Shown: positions 10,586-20,798, counted from the first letter of the whole stretch. The stretch: 63,826 nucleotides of DNA, filler included, from a candidate division TA06 bacterium SM23_40 (GCA_001303705.1; 5 parts of 5 records of this genome joined end to end with filler, not necessarily neighbours in it); one strand, 5' to 3'. The notes: generated by a model not told the origin, from the letters alone. Program-made: numbers and translations.

Positions 10586-11242
10586 ATGGCTGAGGCCGCG
10601 ACTAGTCCGGTGATCGAGGAGATCGTCGATTCCATTCTGTCTGTCCAGGGCGAGAGGACGTTAGAGCTGGTGCAGAAGGCCCTCGACCAGGGGGTGGACC
10701 CGATGACCGTCGTTAACGATGGGCTGACGTTCGGCCTGCGCCAGCTCGGGGAGAGGTACGAGCGGGGGGAGGCGTACATCCCTCACCTCATGATCGCCGG
10801 CGATGCCGTCGGCCGGGCGATGAAGATACTCGAGGTACATCTGCCGAAGGAGGCGCCGGGGAGGGAACGTCCCACCGTCCTCATCGGAACGGTCAAGGAC
10901 GATATCCATGATCTGGGCAAGAACCTCGTGGCCACGATGCTTTCTGTTTCCGGGTTTCGGGTGGTCGATCTGGGGAAGAATGTGAGTGCTGAGGCGTTCG
11001 TCGAGAAGGTGAAGGAGGTGAAGCCGCGGCTTCTCTGTCTCTCGGCTCTGATGACGACGACGATGCTCAATCAGCGCGCCGTCGTCGAGGCGCTCAAGGA
11101 GGCGCAGGAGCGGGAGGGCCTCAAGATCATGGTCGGCGGCGCCCCCGTCTCCGCGGAATGGGCGGAACAGATCGAGGCCGATGCGTACGCCGAGGATGCG
11201 ATGGAGGCGGTGCGCAAGGCGAAGGAGCTACTGGGTGTGTAG
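10586..11242 (+). CDS. Methyltransferase corrinoid (B12-binding) protein, MttC/MtgC-like
   Basis: DIHDLGKNLV (DxHxxG), LSALMTTT, IMVGGAP; GGAGG RBS. Confidence 0.92.
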   Translation: MAEAATSPVIEEIVDSILSVQGERTLELVQKALDQGVDPMTVVNDGLTFGLRQLGERYERGEAYIPHLMIAGDAVGRAMKILEVHLPKEAPGRERPTVLIGTVKDDIHDLGKNLVATMLSVSGFRVVDLGKNVSAEAFVEKVKEVKPRLLCLSALMTTTMLNQRAVVEALKEAQEREGLKIMVGGAPVSAEWAEQIEADAYAEDAMEAVRKAKELLGV

Positions 11243-11295
11243 CGTGTGTCGCTACGCGTGGCGTGTGTCGCTGCCCGTGGCGTGTGTCGCTACCT
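11239..11295 (+). repeat. 3 x 19-bp tandem repeat starting at the corrinoid gene stop
   Basis: GTRGCGTGTGTCGCTRCNY units at 11239, 11258 and 11277. Confidence 0.8.
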
Positions 11296-11437
11296 CCTCG
11301 GTGCACGATTGATCGGGGGGGTGAGGGCGGTTTCATAGTGATGGTTGTGGAGAAGGGGTCCTGCTGAGGTATGGACCTGTGAAGGGTCGGCGCTGCTGAC
11401 GCCGTGCCGATAGGGAGGACTTCAAAGAGGGGGAGCG

Positions 11438-12955
11438 ATGGCGAGAGAGACGACGCAGGGTGACGAAGTGCGAACCGAGGGGCGCTCGGTGCCGCGGAGG
11501 CCGCGCCTCTCTTTGCTTGAGCGATCAACCATTGAGCGGATCGTCGATGAGGCGCGCGAGCTCTTGCAGTCAGTCGGAGTCATCGTCGAGGAGCCCGAGG
11601 CGTTGGATCTGTTGGCAGATGGCGGCGCTGAGGTGGATCTTGAGCAGAAGCGGGCCCGCCTCACAGCACCGATGGTGGAGAAGGCCCTGGCGACGGTTCC
11701 CCGCCGCGTCGAGCTATTCGATCGTGCGGGCACGGCAGCGGTCATCTATGCCGGCGACAGGGTGCAGTTCGATCCGGGATCGGCTGCCCTCCATGTGCTC
11801 GATGCCGATACGCGTCGCATCCGAAAAGCGACGACCGAAGACATCATCTCCTTCGCGAAGCTCGCCGAAGGCCTGGATGAACTCGATGCCCAGAGCACAG
11901 CCATCATCGCCGCAGACGTCCCGGAGGCGATCGCGGACAGCTATCGCCTCTACCTTCTGCTGCAGTTGACGGAGAAACCGATCGTCACGGGTGCGTTCAG
12001 CGGCGAGGGGCTGCTGGTGATGCATCGTCTTCTGGCCGCATCCTCAGGAGGTGAAGGAGGGCTGAAGGCGCGGCCGAGGGCCGTGTTCGATGTCTGTCCG
12101 TCACCTCCTCTGCTCTGGAGCCAGGCCACCTGCCGCAATCTGGTCGACTGTGCCCGCTTCGGACTTCCCGCCCAGCTCGTCTCTATGCCGCTGGCCGGCG
12201 CCACCGGCCCTGTCACGCTCATCGGCGCGGTGACCCAGCATGCTGCTGAGAACCTGAGCGGGATCGTCATCCACCAGCTCGCATGCCCGGGCGCCCCAAT
12301 TATCTGGGGGGGGTCGCCGGCCATCTTCGACATGCGCGAGGGGACGACGCCCATGGGCGCGGTGGAGACGATGATGATCGACTGCGCGTACGCGGAGGTG
12401 GGCAAGCACTTCGGCTTACCCACCCACACGTATATGGGATTGAGCGATACGAAGGTGCTCGACATGCAGACCGGGCTCGAATCAGGGATGGGCACGGTGC
12501 TTGCGATCCTCGCCGGGATAAACCTCGTCTCTGGGGCGGGCATGCTCGACTTCGAGAGCTGCCAGAGCCCGGAGAAACTCGTCGTCGACTGCGAGATCAT
12601 CGGCATGGCTCGTCGCCTGTCGGCCGGGCTGGCGATGCGGGACGAGGAGCGCGTGCGGTCACTCTATACGGAGGATCACAACACGACCTTTCTCACCCTC
12701 GAACATACGCTGAGGTGGCTCAAGGATGAGCAACGCATTCCTTCATTCATTATAGATCGTGCTGGTCGGCGGAGGTGGGAGGAGCGCGGCGGCACTGACG
12801 TAGTCGCGCGGGCCAGGAAGCGGGTGCAGGAACTCGTCGACACGTACGAACCGCGTCCCCTGTCGGGCGAGGTGATGAGTGAGATCGAGAACATTGTGCG
12901 GAGCGCGGCGGCAGCAGCCGGTGCAGAGCGATTGCCCGGGAGTACGATCGAGTAG
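11438..12955 (+). CDS. mttB: Trimethylamine methyltransferase (MttB) superfamily, non-pyrrolysine type
   Basis: MPLAGATGPVTLIG, AENLSG, PGAPIIWG, GLSDTKVLDMQTGLE, SGAGMLDF; no in-frame TAG. Confidence 0.9.
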   Translation: MARETTQGDEVRTEGRSVPRRPRLSLLERSTIERIVDEARELLQSVGVIVEEPEALDLLADGGAEVDLEQKRARLTAPMVEKALATVPRRVELFDRAGTAAVIYAGDRVQFDPGSAALHVLDADTRRIRKATTEDIISFAKLAEGLDELDAQSTAIIAADVPEAIADSYRLYLLLQLTEKPIVTGAFSGEGLLVMHRLLAASSGGEGGLKARPRAVFDVCPSPPLLWSQATCRNLVDCARFGLPAQLVSMPLAGATGPVTLIGAVTQHAAENLSGIVIHQLACPGAPIIWGGSPAIFDMREGTTPMGAVETMMIDCAYAEVGKHFGLPTHTYMGLSDTKVLDMQTGLESGMGTVLAILAGINLVSGAGMLDFESCQSPEKLVVDCEIIGMARRLSAGLAMRDEERVRSLYTEDHNTTFLTLEHTLRWLKDEQRIPSFIIDRAGRRRWEERGGTDVVARARKRVQELVDTYEPRPLSGEVMSEIENIVRSAAAAAGAERLPGSTIE

Positions 12956-13117
12956 GGGCTGTGAACGCTGACGATTTCCGAGACCCGGGAGCGTCTCGCT
13001 CGAGGTCGATCGATTTGAGACGCAGCTGTCAATACGCGAGGAAACCCCCCGCGGTCGCATGCGGCATGCCCGACAACGGCCTGCCTGAGGGTGATCGAGC
13101 CGGCACCGCAGGCGTCA

Positions 13118-13249
13118 GTAACCCACAGAACCTACCAGCGTCCCCGGGAATGCCAGTAACCTACAGAACCTACCAACGTCCCCGAGACAACGTCCCCGGG
13201 AATGCCAGTAACCTACAGAACCTACCAACGTCCCCGTGTGCGTCCCCGG
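13118..13249 (+). repeat. Cluster of the dispersed ~29-bp repeat GTAACCTACAGAACCTACCAACGTCCCCG (3 full copies plus partials)
   Basis: Copies at 13118-13146, 13156-13184 and 13208-13236; same family as 35579-35651 and 36228-36257. Confidence 0.9.
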
Positions 13250-14088
13250 CGCGCGACGGCGAGGAATTTCCTCCGCCAGCTCTGTCCGCGGACGAGTGCG
13301 ATGCTGTGGTGGGAGAGGTCGGTGCGGATCGGCTCGAACCGGATCCACCGGACGAGGTCGAAGCCGGCGGATTCGAGAAGCGTCTTCACCTGGTTTCTGG
13401 TGAAGACGCAATGTGTTTCTTCCATCTCCATTGTCTCCATCGGCGAGCCGAGCGACCAGATCTTGGTGACGAAGTCCTGGAGATCTCGCTTGCTCAGGCG
13501 ATAGCGATCGGGTCCGAGCTTTGCTGGATTGATGGGGCGGTAGCGGAAGGCATCGGCGAATCGGGTGAGAAGCTCTCTGCCTCTCGCGTCGAGCGACACA
13601 TCCACGGTCCCATGGCCGGGATCGAGATGGTCGAGGAGGAGGTAGCGGCCACCCGGCCGCGTCACTCGGGCGATCTCCCGCACGGTCAATGATGTTTCTT
13701 CCGGCCTGCCGAAGAGCTCCACCCCGAAGAGCTCCACCTCGTGGAGCATCTGTGAAGTAATAACAGCGTCAAAGCTCCTGTCGCGGAAGGGCAGGTATGG
13801 TGCACGCGCCACGGCGCCCAGCGCGCACGGGCAGGTTACGCGCAGGTCCTGCAGGCGATGCGGGGATTCGTCGATGCCGGCGAGCCAGACGGTACGTCGT
13901 TCTCTCGCCTTAGCAACTTCTGCCAGCATCATCCCCCAGCCGCATCCTATGTCGAGGATCGAAGCCGCATCGCCCAGATGCTCGAGGATGAGCTGCACTC
14001 TGGTCTCATCGTCCTCGACCCATCGCTTGGCCAGCTCGCGGCTCTGGCAAAACTCTGCAGCCTGCCGGTCGTACAGTGGTTTTCGCAT
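13222..14088 (-). CDS. Class I SAM-dependent methyltransferase
   Basis: ILDIGCGWG, LPFRDRSFDAV, RVTRPGG. Contains a 15-bp tandem duplication (VELFG x2, 13709-13738); the stop lies inside the repeat cluster. Confidence 0.85.
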   Translation of the reverse strand: MRKPLYDRQAAEFCQSRELAKRWVEDDETRVQLILEHLGDAASILDIGCGWGMMLAEVAKARERRTVWLAGIDESPHRLQDLRVTCPCALGAVARAPYLPFRDRSFDAVITSQMLHEVELFGVELFGRPEETSLTVREIARVTRPGGRYLLLDHLDPGHGTVDVSLDARGRELLTRFADAFRYRPINPAKLGPDRYRLSKRDLQDFVTKIWSLGSPMETMEMEETHCVFTRNQVKTLLESAGFDLVRWIRFEPIRTDLSHHSIALVRGQSWRRKFLAVARRGRTRGRW

Positions 14089-14257
14089 GGGATCGACGTG
14101 CCCGTTGATGTCGATTCGTTGGTGAGGATCGATCTGCCGGGTGCGGGTTCTGAGTCAAGCGGGAGAGCCGGGCCTGCGGTGATACCCTGGCGGTGAGGGC
14201 CGTGTGGTGATGCTCCCCGGATACTGTTTGCTCTGCCCGGCCGAGGATCTCTCCATC

Positions 14258-15253
14258 TCAGCCCGTGGTGTCCGCGAGTCCGGGGAATCCTCCCGCGGAT
14301 CTGGCCTTGCGCACGGCGCGCAGGATCGCTCTCCTCAGCATCTCTGCCGCGACGTGTCCGACGACATCATGGCGCGCAGGGATCTCCCCCGTTGCGGCGG
14401 CGAATATCGTATCTCCGTCGGCAGACATGTGGACAGGGCGGATCGCTCTCGCCAGGCCGTCGTGGCCCATCTCGGCTATCTTGATCGTCTCTTTGTGGGA
14501 GAGCGCGGCGTTGGTGGCAACGAGCCCGATCGTCGTATTCCCTCCGGGTCCCTGGGGCGGCGGTGTGGGAAACGGTCGCACGGGGTCGAGCAGTTCCGGT
14601 AGCAGGTCCTCGAGCTCGACGAAGCCCTGCCCGTCGTCCCGGCGTGCTCCGGCGATCGTCGTACCCGTCTCCCAATCGAATATGTTGCCGATCGAGTTGA
14701 CTGCTACGATCGCACCGACGGCGAGGCCGTTGGGGAAGCGCACCGCGCTCGATCCGAGACCGCCCTTTGTTGCCCGCGCCATGCCCCGGAGCTTCCCCAC
14801 TGTCGCCCCTGTTCCTGCGCCGACTGCACCCTCTTCGACCGGCAGCTCGCGTGCCGCCCGGCAGGCCCGAAGTCCCATCTCCGCGTCGGGCCTGACATCG
14901 TTCCTCCCGATCCCCAGGTCGTACAGGATGGCGCCGCATACCGCGGGCACGATGCCGTGCGAGGTGGGCCAGCCGATGCCCCGCTCTTCGAGATACCGCA
15001 TGATGCCGCGGGCAACATCGAGCCCGAAGGTCGAACCTCCGGAGAAGAAGACGGCATTGCGCCTCTCGTTCGTGCGTGTGGGGCCGATGCTTGTCGTGCC
15101 GAAGGTGGCGGGCATGCCTCCGCGCACGTCGACTCCGGTGACGGCCCCATCACCGAGGAGGATGACGGTGCACCCGGTCAGGGCCGTCTCATCCTGAGCG
15201 TGCCCGACGGTGATGCCGGGCACGAGCGTGATCGTGTCGTTGTCCGCTTCCAA
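14258..15253 (-). CDS. P1/S58 family peptidase (DmpA-like L-aminopeptidase/D-esterase)
   Basis: ITVGHAQD..LTGCTV, GVDVRGG, GAVGAGTGAT, KGGLG, NTTIGLVATNA, DGDTIFA. Confidence 0.92.
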   Translation of the reverse strand: MEADNDTITLVPGITVGHAQDETALTGCTVILLGDGAVTGVDVRGGMPATFGTTSIGPTRTNERRNAVFFSGGSTFGLDVARGIMRYLEERGIGWPTSHGIVPAVCGAILYDLGIGRNDVRPDAEMGLRACRAARELPVEEGAVGAGTGATVGKLRGMARATKGGLGSSAVRFPNGLAVGAIVAVNSIGNIFDWETGTTIAGARRDDGQGFVELEDLLPELLDPVRPFPTPPPQGPGGNTTIGLVATNAALSHKETIKIAEMGHDGLARAIRPVHMSADGDTIFAAATGEIPARHDVVGHVAAEMLRRAILRAVRKARSAGGFPGLADTTG

Positions 15254-15274
15254 CAGAGTGGCTCCGCTGCTCGC

Positions 15275-16693
15275 TTAGAGGGTGAAGTAGTCTTTGAAGT
15301 CGGGATCGAATCCCTTGGGCCAGTACTCTCCGGTCACTGAGTTGAGGGAGTACTCCCCCTTGTATTTCCCCCGCACAATGTCCCGTAGCGCGGTGATGAG
15401 CGTGTCGATCTCCTCGACCGTGTTGTAGATGCCAAAACTGACACGGACCATTCCCGGTATCGATGATCGGTCCCCGCGCAGGATGTCGGCGATGACCATC
15501 CGTACCTCGTCGGGCGTGAGGTGAAGAAGGCGCTTTACGTAGGGATGAGCGCAGAAACATCCGTTGCGGGTGCCGATGCCGTACTCACAGCTGAGGATCG
15601 CGGAGACGAGGGCGTGGGGGAGGTCACCGAGGGTGAAGCAGATGACTCCGAGGCGGTCGCGGTCCAGGGAGGGGAGGCCGTACAGGACGAACCCTTCCAC
15701 CTCGGTCATACGGTCGAGGGCGTATCGGGTCAGCTCACGCTCGTGCTCGGCGATCGTCTCCAGGTCTATCTGTTGGAGTGTCTCGATCGCCCTTGCGAGC
15801 GCGACGGCGCCGACGACGTTTGGCGAGCCCGCCTCCTCCCGGTCCGGAAGTCCTGCCCAGTGTACCTGATCCGGTGTGACGATGGAGACCGTGCCCCCAC
15901 CCACGTAGTCGGGGTCGCCCTGCTCGAACAGGACGCGCGGGCCGATGAGGGCGCCGGTGCCGAAGGGAGCGTACATCTTGTGGCCCGAGAGAGCGACGAA
16001 GTCGAGGTGTTGAGGATCGCCTTCCGGCTTCACGTCGATCGCCCGGTGTGCGGCGAGCTGTGCCGCGTCGACGAGAATCGGGGCGCTTACTTTGTGCGCC
16101 TGATCGGCGATCTCGTGGATAGGGGTCAGACACCCAGTGACGTTCGATGCCCCGCTCACTGCGACGAGCGCCACGCGATCTCCGTACTTGTTGAGCTTCG
16201 CCTGCAGATCATCGAGGTCGAGCTCTCCGTTATCATGGACGAGCACGTGTTCCACGTGCGTCTGCTGTCTCCAGGGCAGGTCGTTCGAATGATGCTCGAG
16301 AAGGGTGGAGATGACGACGGAGTCGTTGTTGAGGGGGATGCGCCGCGAGAGCTTGTTGATGGCTTCGGTTGTATTCTTACCGAAGATGACGGTATTTCGC
16401 TCCGGGTCCGCGCCGACAAAGGAGGCTACGCGCTTGTGCGCCTCCTCGTACGCGTGGGTGGCGACTTGCGACTTGAAGCCGGCCCCACGATGCACACTTG
16501 AGTACCACTCCAGGAACTTCGTGACCGAGTCGAGGACCGGCCTGAGGGCCGGTGTGCTCGCGGCGTTGTCGAAGTTGATGTACTGCCGGAGCGAACCGTC
16601 GAGGACGGGCACCCGGGTTTCGATTCCGACGATCTGTGAACGGAGGTCCGTGATATGGAGGGTGGCGTGTCGGGCCTTTGTCGTATCTACCAT
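15275..16693 (-). CDS. Class V PLP enzyme (cysteine desulfurase/selenocysteine lyase-like, SufS/CsdA type)
   Basis: NFDNAAST, VHRG, EHHSNDLPW, VDAAQ, SGHKMYAPFG, EAGSPN, RNGCFCAHP; start at 16693 or 16756. Confidence 0.9.
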   Translation of the reverse strand: MVDTTKARHATLHITDLRSQIVGIETRVPVLDGSLRQYINFDNAASTPALRPVLDSVTKFLEWYSSVHRGAGFKSQVATHAYEEAHKRVASFVGADPERNTVIFGKNTTEAINKLSRRIPLNNDSVVISTLLEHHSNDLPWRQQTHVEHVLVHDNGELDLDDLQAKLNKYGDRVALVAVSGASNVTGCLTPIHEIADQAHKVSAPILVDAAQLAAHRAIDVKPEGDPQHLDFVALSGHKMYAPFGTGALIGPRVLFEQGDPDYVGGGTVSIVTPDQVHWAGLPDREEAGSPNVVGAVALARAIETLQQIDLETIAEHERELTRYALDRMTEVEGFVLYGLPSLDRDRLGVICFTLGDLPHALVSAILSCEYGIGTRNGCFCAHPYVKRLLHLTPDEVRMVIADILRGDRSSIPGMVRVSFGIYNTVEEIDTLITALRDIVRGKYKGEYSLNSVTGEYWPKGFDPDFKDYFTL

Positions 16694-17072
16694 AGTGCGA
16701 TATCCATTCTCCAGATGCGGGCATGCTGTGACCGGCGAATGCCGCAGGTCGGACACGTTGCGTCATGACCGATTCGCCTGAAGAACTCGCCGGACGAGTG
16801 CTTCTCCCTGATCCGGGGTCTCGTTCGGCGGAGGCCAGCTCGGCCGTTCTTACTGGATTGTGATGATACCATCCACCATGTATCCGGTCAAGGCCAAAAC
16901 CGGCGAGGATGGGGAGCCTCGAGCGCGGGGCCTGAGGCGGGTTATTGGTGGCTGACGTGGAGCGCGGGATCTTGTGGCGGGCTGTCGGTCCTTGATATGG
17001 AGCGCGGCGCTTGTCGCGGGAACGACCCTGAGTTGACGCGAAGGTTGCTGCCTGCGGCGAAAAGACTAATAG

Positions 17073-17102
17073 TTGACATCAGTGCTTAAAATGTGGTATA
17101 AG
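17073..17102 (+). promoter_or_regulatory. sigma-70-type promoter
   Basis: TTGACA-18 nt-TATAAG with an extended TG. Confidence 0.6.
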
Positions 17103-17322
17103 GGAGGATGGATGACGCTCCGGCAGGTGTGCTGAGCCGTCCCTCTGGGCGCTTTGTCAGCCGAATTGCCCGGGGGACGAGGCGTCTGTGGCAACCTGCC
17201 TGGGAATCTGTGCGAGAGGCGCGAGCCCGAGGCTCGTGCGAGAAACTCCGGGATAGACGAAGGCAGTGACCCGGTGGAGTGGAGGTCTCTCCGGTGTAAG
17301 GACTTGAGAGGAGGCTGTTCTC

Positions 17323-18642
17323 ATGCGTACGCTCAAGATGACAGGGATCCTCGTGGTGGCCGTATTTCTAGTCCTGGGAACGTGCGGCGCCAGCGAGAAC
17401 GAATGGACGTACCTCGGCCTTGCCGCCGACAGCGTCCAGTGTGTGGCGGTCGATCTAACGAACAGCCAGATCGTCTATGTCGGCGCTCTCACGGGCTGCT
17501 GGAAGACGACTGATGGCGGATCAAGCTGGTCTCGGCCGTGCGAGTATGACTTTCCGTTCAAGGAGCTGGTGATGGATCCGGATGTGCCGGATGGGGTATG
17601 GGGGATCTGGGGGCTGGGCAGCTGGTCGGACGGCGTCTGGGTGACGACAAATGGCGGCCTCGATTGGAATGTTTCTCATTGGATGTACTGCGGCGATGCT
17701 TTGGCGATGTGCGCGGGCAACCATGATGTGTTGTACGCCGCTTCCTGGAACCCGGACCCGCCCTACGCGAGCGGGGGCATCTGGCGCACCACCAACCACG
17801 GCAGTCAGTGGTATGGAGACTGGTTAGACCAATACTCCTTCCGGTGCGTAGCCGTCCACCCGTCAGATCCCGATGTGGCCTATGCGGGCTGTGACGGGGG
17901 GACGCTGTTCAAGACGGAGAACGGCGGCGGGCTCTGGACTCCGTTGCCGATCACGTCGCTTCCCGTCCGGTCGCTCGGCATCGATTCATTCGAGCCCAAT
18001 ACGGTCTATGCGGCGATCGGCGCGGGGAGTTACTCGGACGGAATATACAAGACCCTCGATGGCGGGGCTTCGTGGGATGTCGCCTTGTGGTGGTACAAGG
18101 CAAGCGCCCTGGCGCTCGAGTGGGAGAATCCGGAGGTGATCTACGCCGGCTCGGATGAGGCCGGGGTGGCGCGTTCCCTCGATGGCGGCGTGTTCTGGGA
18201 AGTCATCAACGAGGGTCTCACGAACCAGGATCTCGAGTATATCGCGATCGATCCCTCGGACCGGAGGGCTGTGTACGCCGCGACGGGAGGGGGAGTGTTC
18301 CGCTACGAGTGGGAGCCGGCAGTGGGGATCTCGCTCGAGCCCGACTCCACGCTGATACACGGCGGCGGGACGCTCAGCTTCCGGGTCTCGCTATGCAATC
18401 ATACTGATGAGTGGCAGACGTTCTGGCTGCTCGCGCACGCGTTTCTTCCGGGCGGCGGCTCCGTGCCAGTCGAGAGGCCGGTTCGCATGACGATGCCCCC
18501 GCAGACCTGTCGCTCCGTTCACCCCGATCTTCCCGTGCCTATGGCTGCACCGATCGGAGAATACCGGTTCAGGACATACCTCGGCACGCCGCCGAGCGAT
18601 GCCTGGGATGTGGCCAGCTTCAGATTTACGATCGCCCCCTGA
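17323..18642 (+). CDS. Secreted BNR/VPS10-type beta-propeller protein with the shared C-terminal domain
   Basis: Signal peptide; Asp-box repeats (KTTDGGSSW, TTNGGLDW, KTLDGGASW, RSLDGGVFW); CTD from ~18320. Confidence 0.85.
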   Translation: MRTLKMTGILVVAVFLVLGTCGASENEWTYLGLAADSVQCVAVDLTNSQIVYVGALTGCWKTTDGGSSWSRPCEYDFPFKELVMDPDVPDGVWGIWGLGSWSDGVWVTTNGGLDWNVSHWMYCGDALAMCAGNHDVLYAASWNPDPPYASGGIWRTTNHGSQWYGDWLDQYSFRCVAVHPSDPDVAYAGCDGGTLFKTENGGGLWTPLPITSLPVRSLGIDSFEPNTVYAAIGAGSYSDGIYKTLDGGASWDVALWWYKASALALEWENPEVIYAGSDEAGVARSLDGGVFWEVINEGLTNQDLEYIAIDPSDRRAVYAATGGGVFRYEWEPAVGISLEPDSTLIHGGGTLSFRVSLCNHTDEWQTFWLLAHAFLPGGGSVPVERPVRMTMPPQTCRSVHPDLPVPMAAPIGEYRFRTYLGTPPSDAWDVASFRFTIAP

Positions 18643-18857
18643 ACGGCAATCGAGGACCGATGACAGAACCAGGGGAGTGAGTTCCGCTTCTGACGGCTGC
18701 TCGGAACGGATGAGGAGGTTGCAGCAACTCACTGAGCAAGCGTACGAGCCGGGGATTGGGTCGAGAGTTGCCGTCCGGCACGCTCGTCCTCCCCGGCATT
18801 CTGTTCCTGTGCTTGCGGGCGCGCGGTCAGCCCATTCCCCGAGGAGAGAATCGAGAG

Positions 18858-19340
18858 ATGCTCAGCGAACAGGTGAACAAGGCCGGGAATGGTGAGTATC
18901 CTCGTGCTCCCGTCGTTGCCGTCGGGGCAGTCGTCACCTGGGGCCAGCGAGTGCTTCTGATCCGTCGGGGTGCGGAACCCGGGCGCGGCGAATGGTCGAT
19001 CCCGGGAGGAAAGCTGGAGCTCGGGGAGAAGATCACCCAGGCAGCTCAGCGCGAGATATGGGAAGAGTGCGGAATAGAGATCGATGTCGGAGACGTGGTG
19101 GGGGTGACGGAGCGGATCATCCGGGACGATCAGGGGCGGATTCGATTTCACTACATACTCGTCGACGTGGCGGCAGCCCCGGCGGGACATCCGCCCGCCG
19201 TCGTGAAGGCCCGGTCAGACGCCCTGGAGGTTCGGTGGGTAGAGCGCACCGAGCTGACGGACTACGCCCTGCCCGCCGAGACACTAACAGTCATCCGCCG
19301 CGCCTTCACAACCAGCACCCCCCCCGAAGATTGGGGTTGA
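18858..19340 (+). CDS. NUDIX hydrolase (ADP-ribose pyrophosphatase-like)
   Basis: Nudix box GGKLELGEKITQAAQREIWEECG; FHYILVD. Confidence 0.92.
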   Translation: MLSEQVNKAGNGEYPRAPVVAVGAVVTWGQRVLLIRRGAEPGRGEWSIPGGKLELGEKITQAAQREIWEECGIEIDVGDVVGVTERIIRDDQGRIRFHYILVDVAAAPAGHPPAVVKARSDALEVRWVERTELTDYALPAETLTVIRRAFTTSTPPEDWG

Positions 19341-19503
19341 CAGGGGGATGGGGATATGGTATGTGTGGCTCCGTGGGGTAGGGGGCTCCACGCCTTTTTT
19401 CTTCCAAATATCGTCTGATATGTGGAACCTGCAGGGGCTGCCGTGCGTTACAGAAATGGGCACAGGGCAGGCACCTGTAGCCCTTTCGTGATGGGAGATA
19501 TCG

Positions 19504-20424
19504 TTGAATTCTCAGTTGAAGCTCGAAGGGGGGTTGGATCTTTTGCGGAGAACGCGGGGGACATCGTCCGCAACCGGCAGCCGCGGCGTGGACTGCACAG
19601 AGGACAGAGCGCTCCGCCTCTATCTTGAGGAGATCGGCGAGGAGCAGCTGCTTACCGCCGAGGAAGAGCGCGAACTGGCCGAGCGGGTGCGGAGGGGCGA
19701 TCGCGAGGCGTTGGAGCGCCTTGTGAAGGCAAACCTCAGGTTTGCAGTCGATGTCGCCAAGAGGTACCGCCCGTCCGGCCTCAGTCTCCTCGACCTCATC
19801 AACCAGGGCAATCTGGGCCTCATCGAGGCGGCAAAGCGCTTCGATCCTGATAGGGGGTTTCGGTTTATCACCTACGCCATCTGGTGGGTGAGGCAGTCGA
19901 TCCTCCAGGCGATCGCGGAGCAGTCCGGCATCACCAGGCTTCCCCTCGAAAAGGCGAACATGGCGTACAAGATCGGGCGCATGAGGCGGAGGTTCGGGCA
20001 GGAACATCACCGTGATCCCACGGTTCGCGAAATCGCGCTGGAGCTCGATGTCAACCCTCGAGATGTGCAGCTGGTGCAGGAGGCCCTCGGGTCACCCATC
20101 TCCCTTGACGGCGTCTGGGCCGGGGAGGGTGACGAGGAGCTCTCGGGACGGTTTCTCGATCCCGACGCGAGCCGGATCGACGACGAGCTCTCGGAACGAT
20201 TCTTGCAGCGAGATATCGACTCCGCGTTAGAGGTACTTACGCCGCGCGAAGGCCGCATCCTCAGGCTCTATTTCGGGATCGACGGAGAGAAGGTTCAGAC
20301 GCTGCAGCAGATCGGGGACGAGCTCGGTCTGACCAGGGAGCGCGTGCGGCAGATCAAGGAATCAGCGATCAAGAAACTCCGTCGGCTGCCAGAGGGAAAA
20401 CGTCTCAAGGCCTATCTCAACTAG
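19504..20424 (+). CDS. RNA polymerase sigma-70 factor (RpoD/RpoS family, no region 1.1)
   Basis: LVKANLRF, DLINQGNLGLIEAAKRFD, FITYAIWWVRQ, LTRERVRQI; start may be 19534. Confidence 0.93.
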   Translation: MNSQLKLEGGLDLLRRTRGTSSATGSRGVDCTEDRALRLYLEEIGEEQLLTAEEERELAERVRRGDREALERLVKANLRFAVDVAKRYRPSGLSLLDLINQGNLGLIEAAKRFDPDRGFRFITYAIWWVRQSILQAIAEQSGITRLPLEKANMAYKIGRMRRRFGQEHHRDPTVREIALELDVNPRDVQLVQEALGSPISLDGVWAGEGDEELSGRFLDPDASRIDDELSERFLQRDIDSALEVLTPREGRILRLYFGIDGEKVQTLQQIGDELGLTRERVRQIKESAIKKLRRLPEGKRLKAYLN

Positions 20425-20572
20425 ACGCACACTCTTCTCCTCTATAGGGCTGCCTTCCTCCGGAGGGAGGTAGCCCTTGCGACTATTCTTCTCTCAGAGC
20501 GGGGCCCTGGCTCTCTGCCCGGACTCGGCCGATCGGGTTGCACAGGCCCGTGGAAAGAGTTGAGTTGCACCC

Positions 20573-20601
20573 TTGACAAGTTGCTCCGTTCATAGTATAA
20601 A
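20573..20601 (+). promoter_or_regulatory. sigma-70-type promoter
   Basis: TTGACA-17 nt-TATAAA. Confidence 0.7.
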
Positions 20602-20798
20602 GCAGTCCTGTATCCCTCTCGGGTCAAATGGTCGGCGAGGGATGCCGGTTGGGCTGGGTTGCTGCTGACCCTGCGGCCACATCTGTCCGTGGCGGCAGAT
20701 CTGGACCTGGCAGGTTGACGGTTGGCTGTGGTTCTTGGCCATCGCTCCTCAGCCGATGGCCTGAGATTGAGAGTTGCCGGAACAGGAGGAGGATCGAC

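Noticed and set aside
13118-13249. CRISPR array
   Set aside because: Spacers are 9-23 nt and themselves repetitive; copies are dispersed and inverted elsewhere; no cas genes.
17100-17320. Riboswitch or ncRNA in long leaders (also 16760-16860 and 20600-20790)
   Set aside because: No SAM, cobalamin, TPP, c-di-GMP or T-box consensus recognised by eye; needs an Rfam scan.
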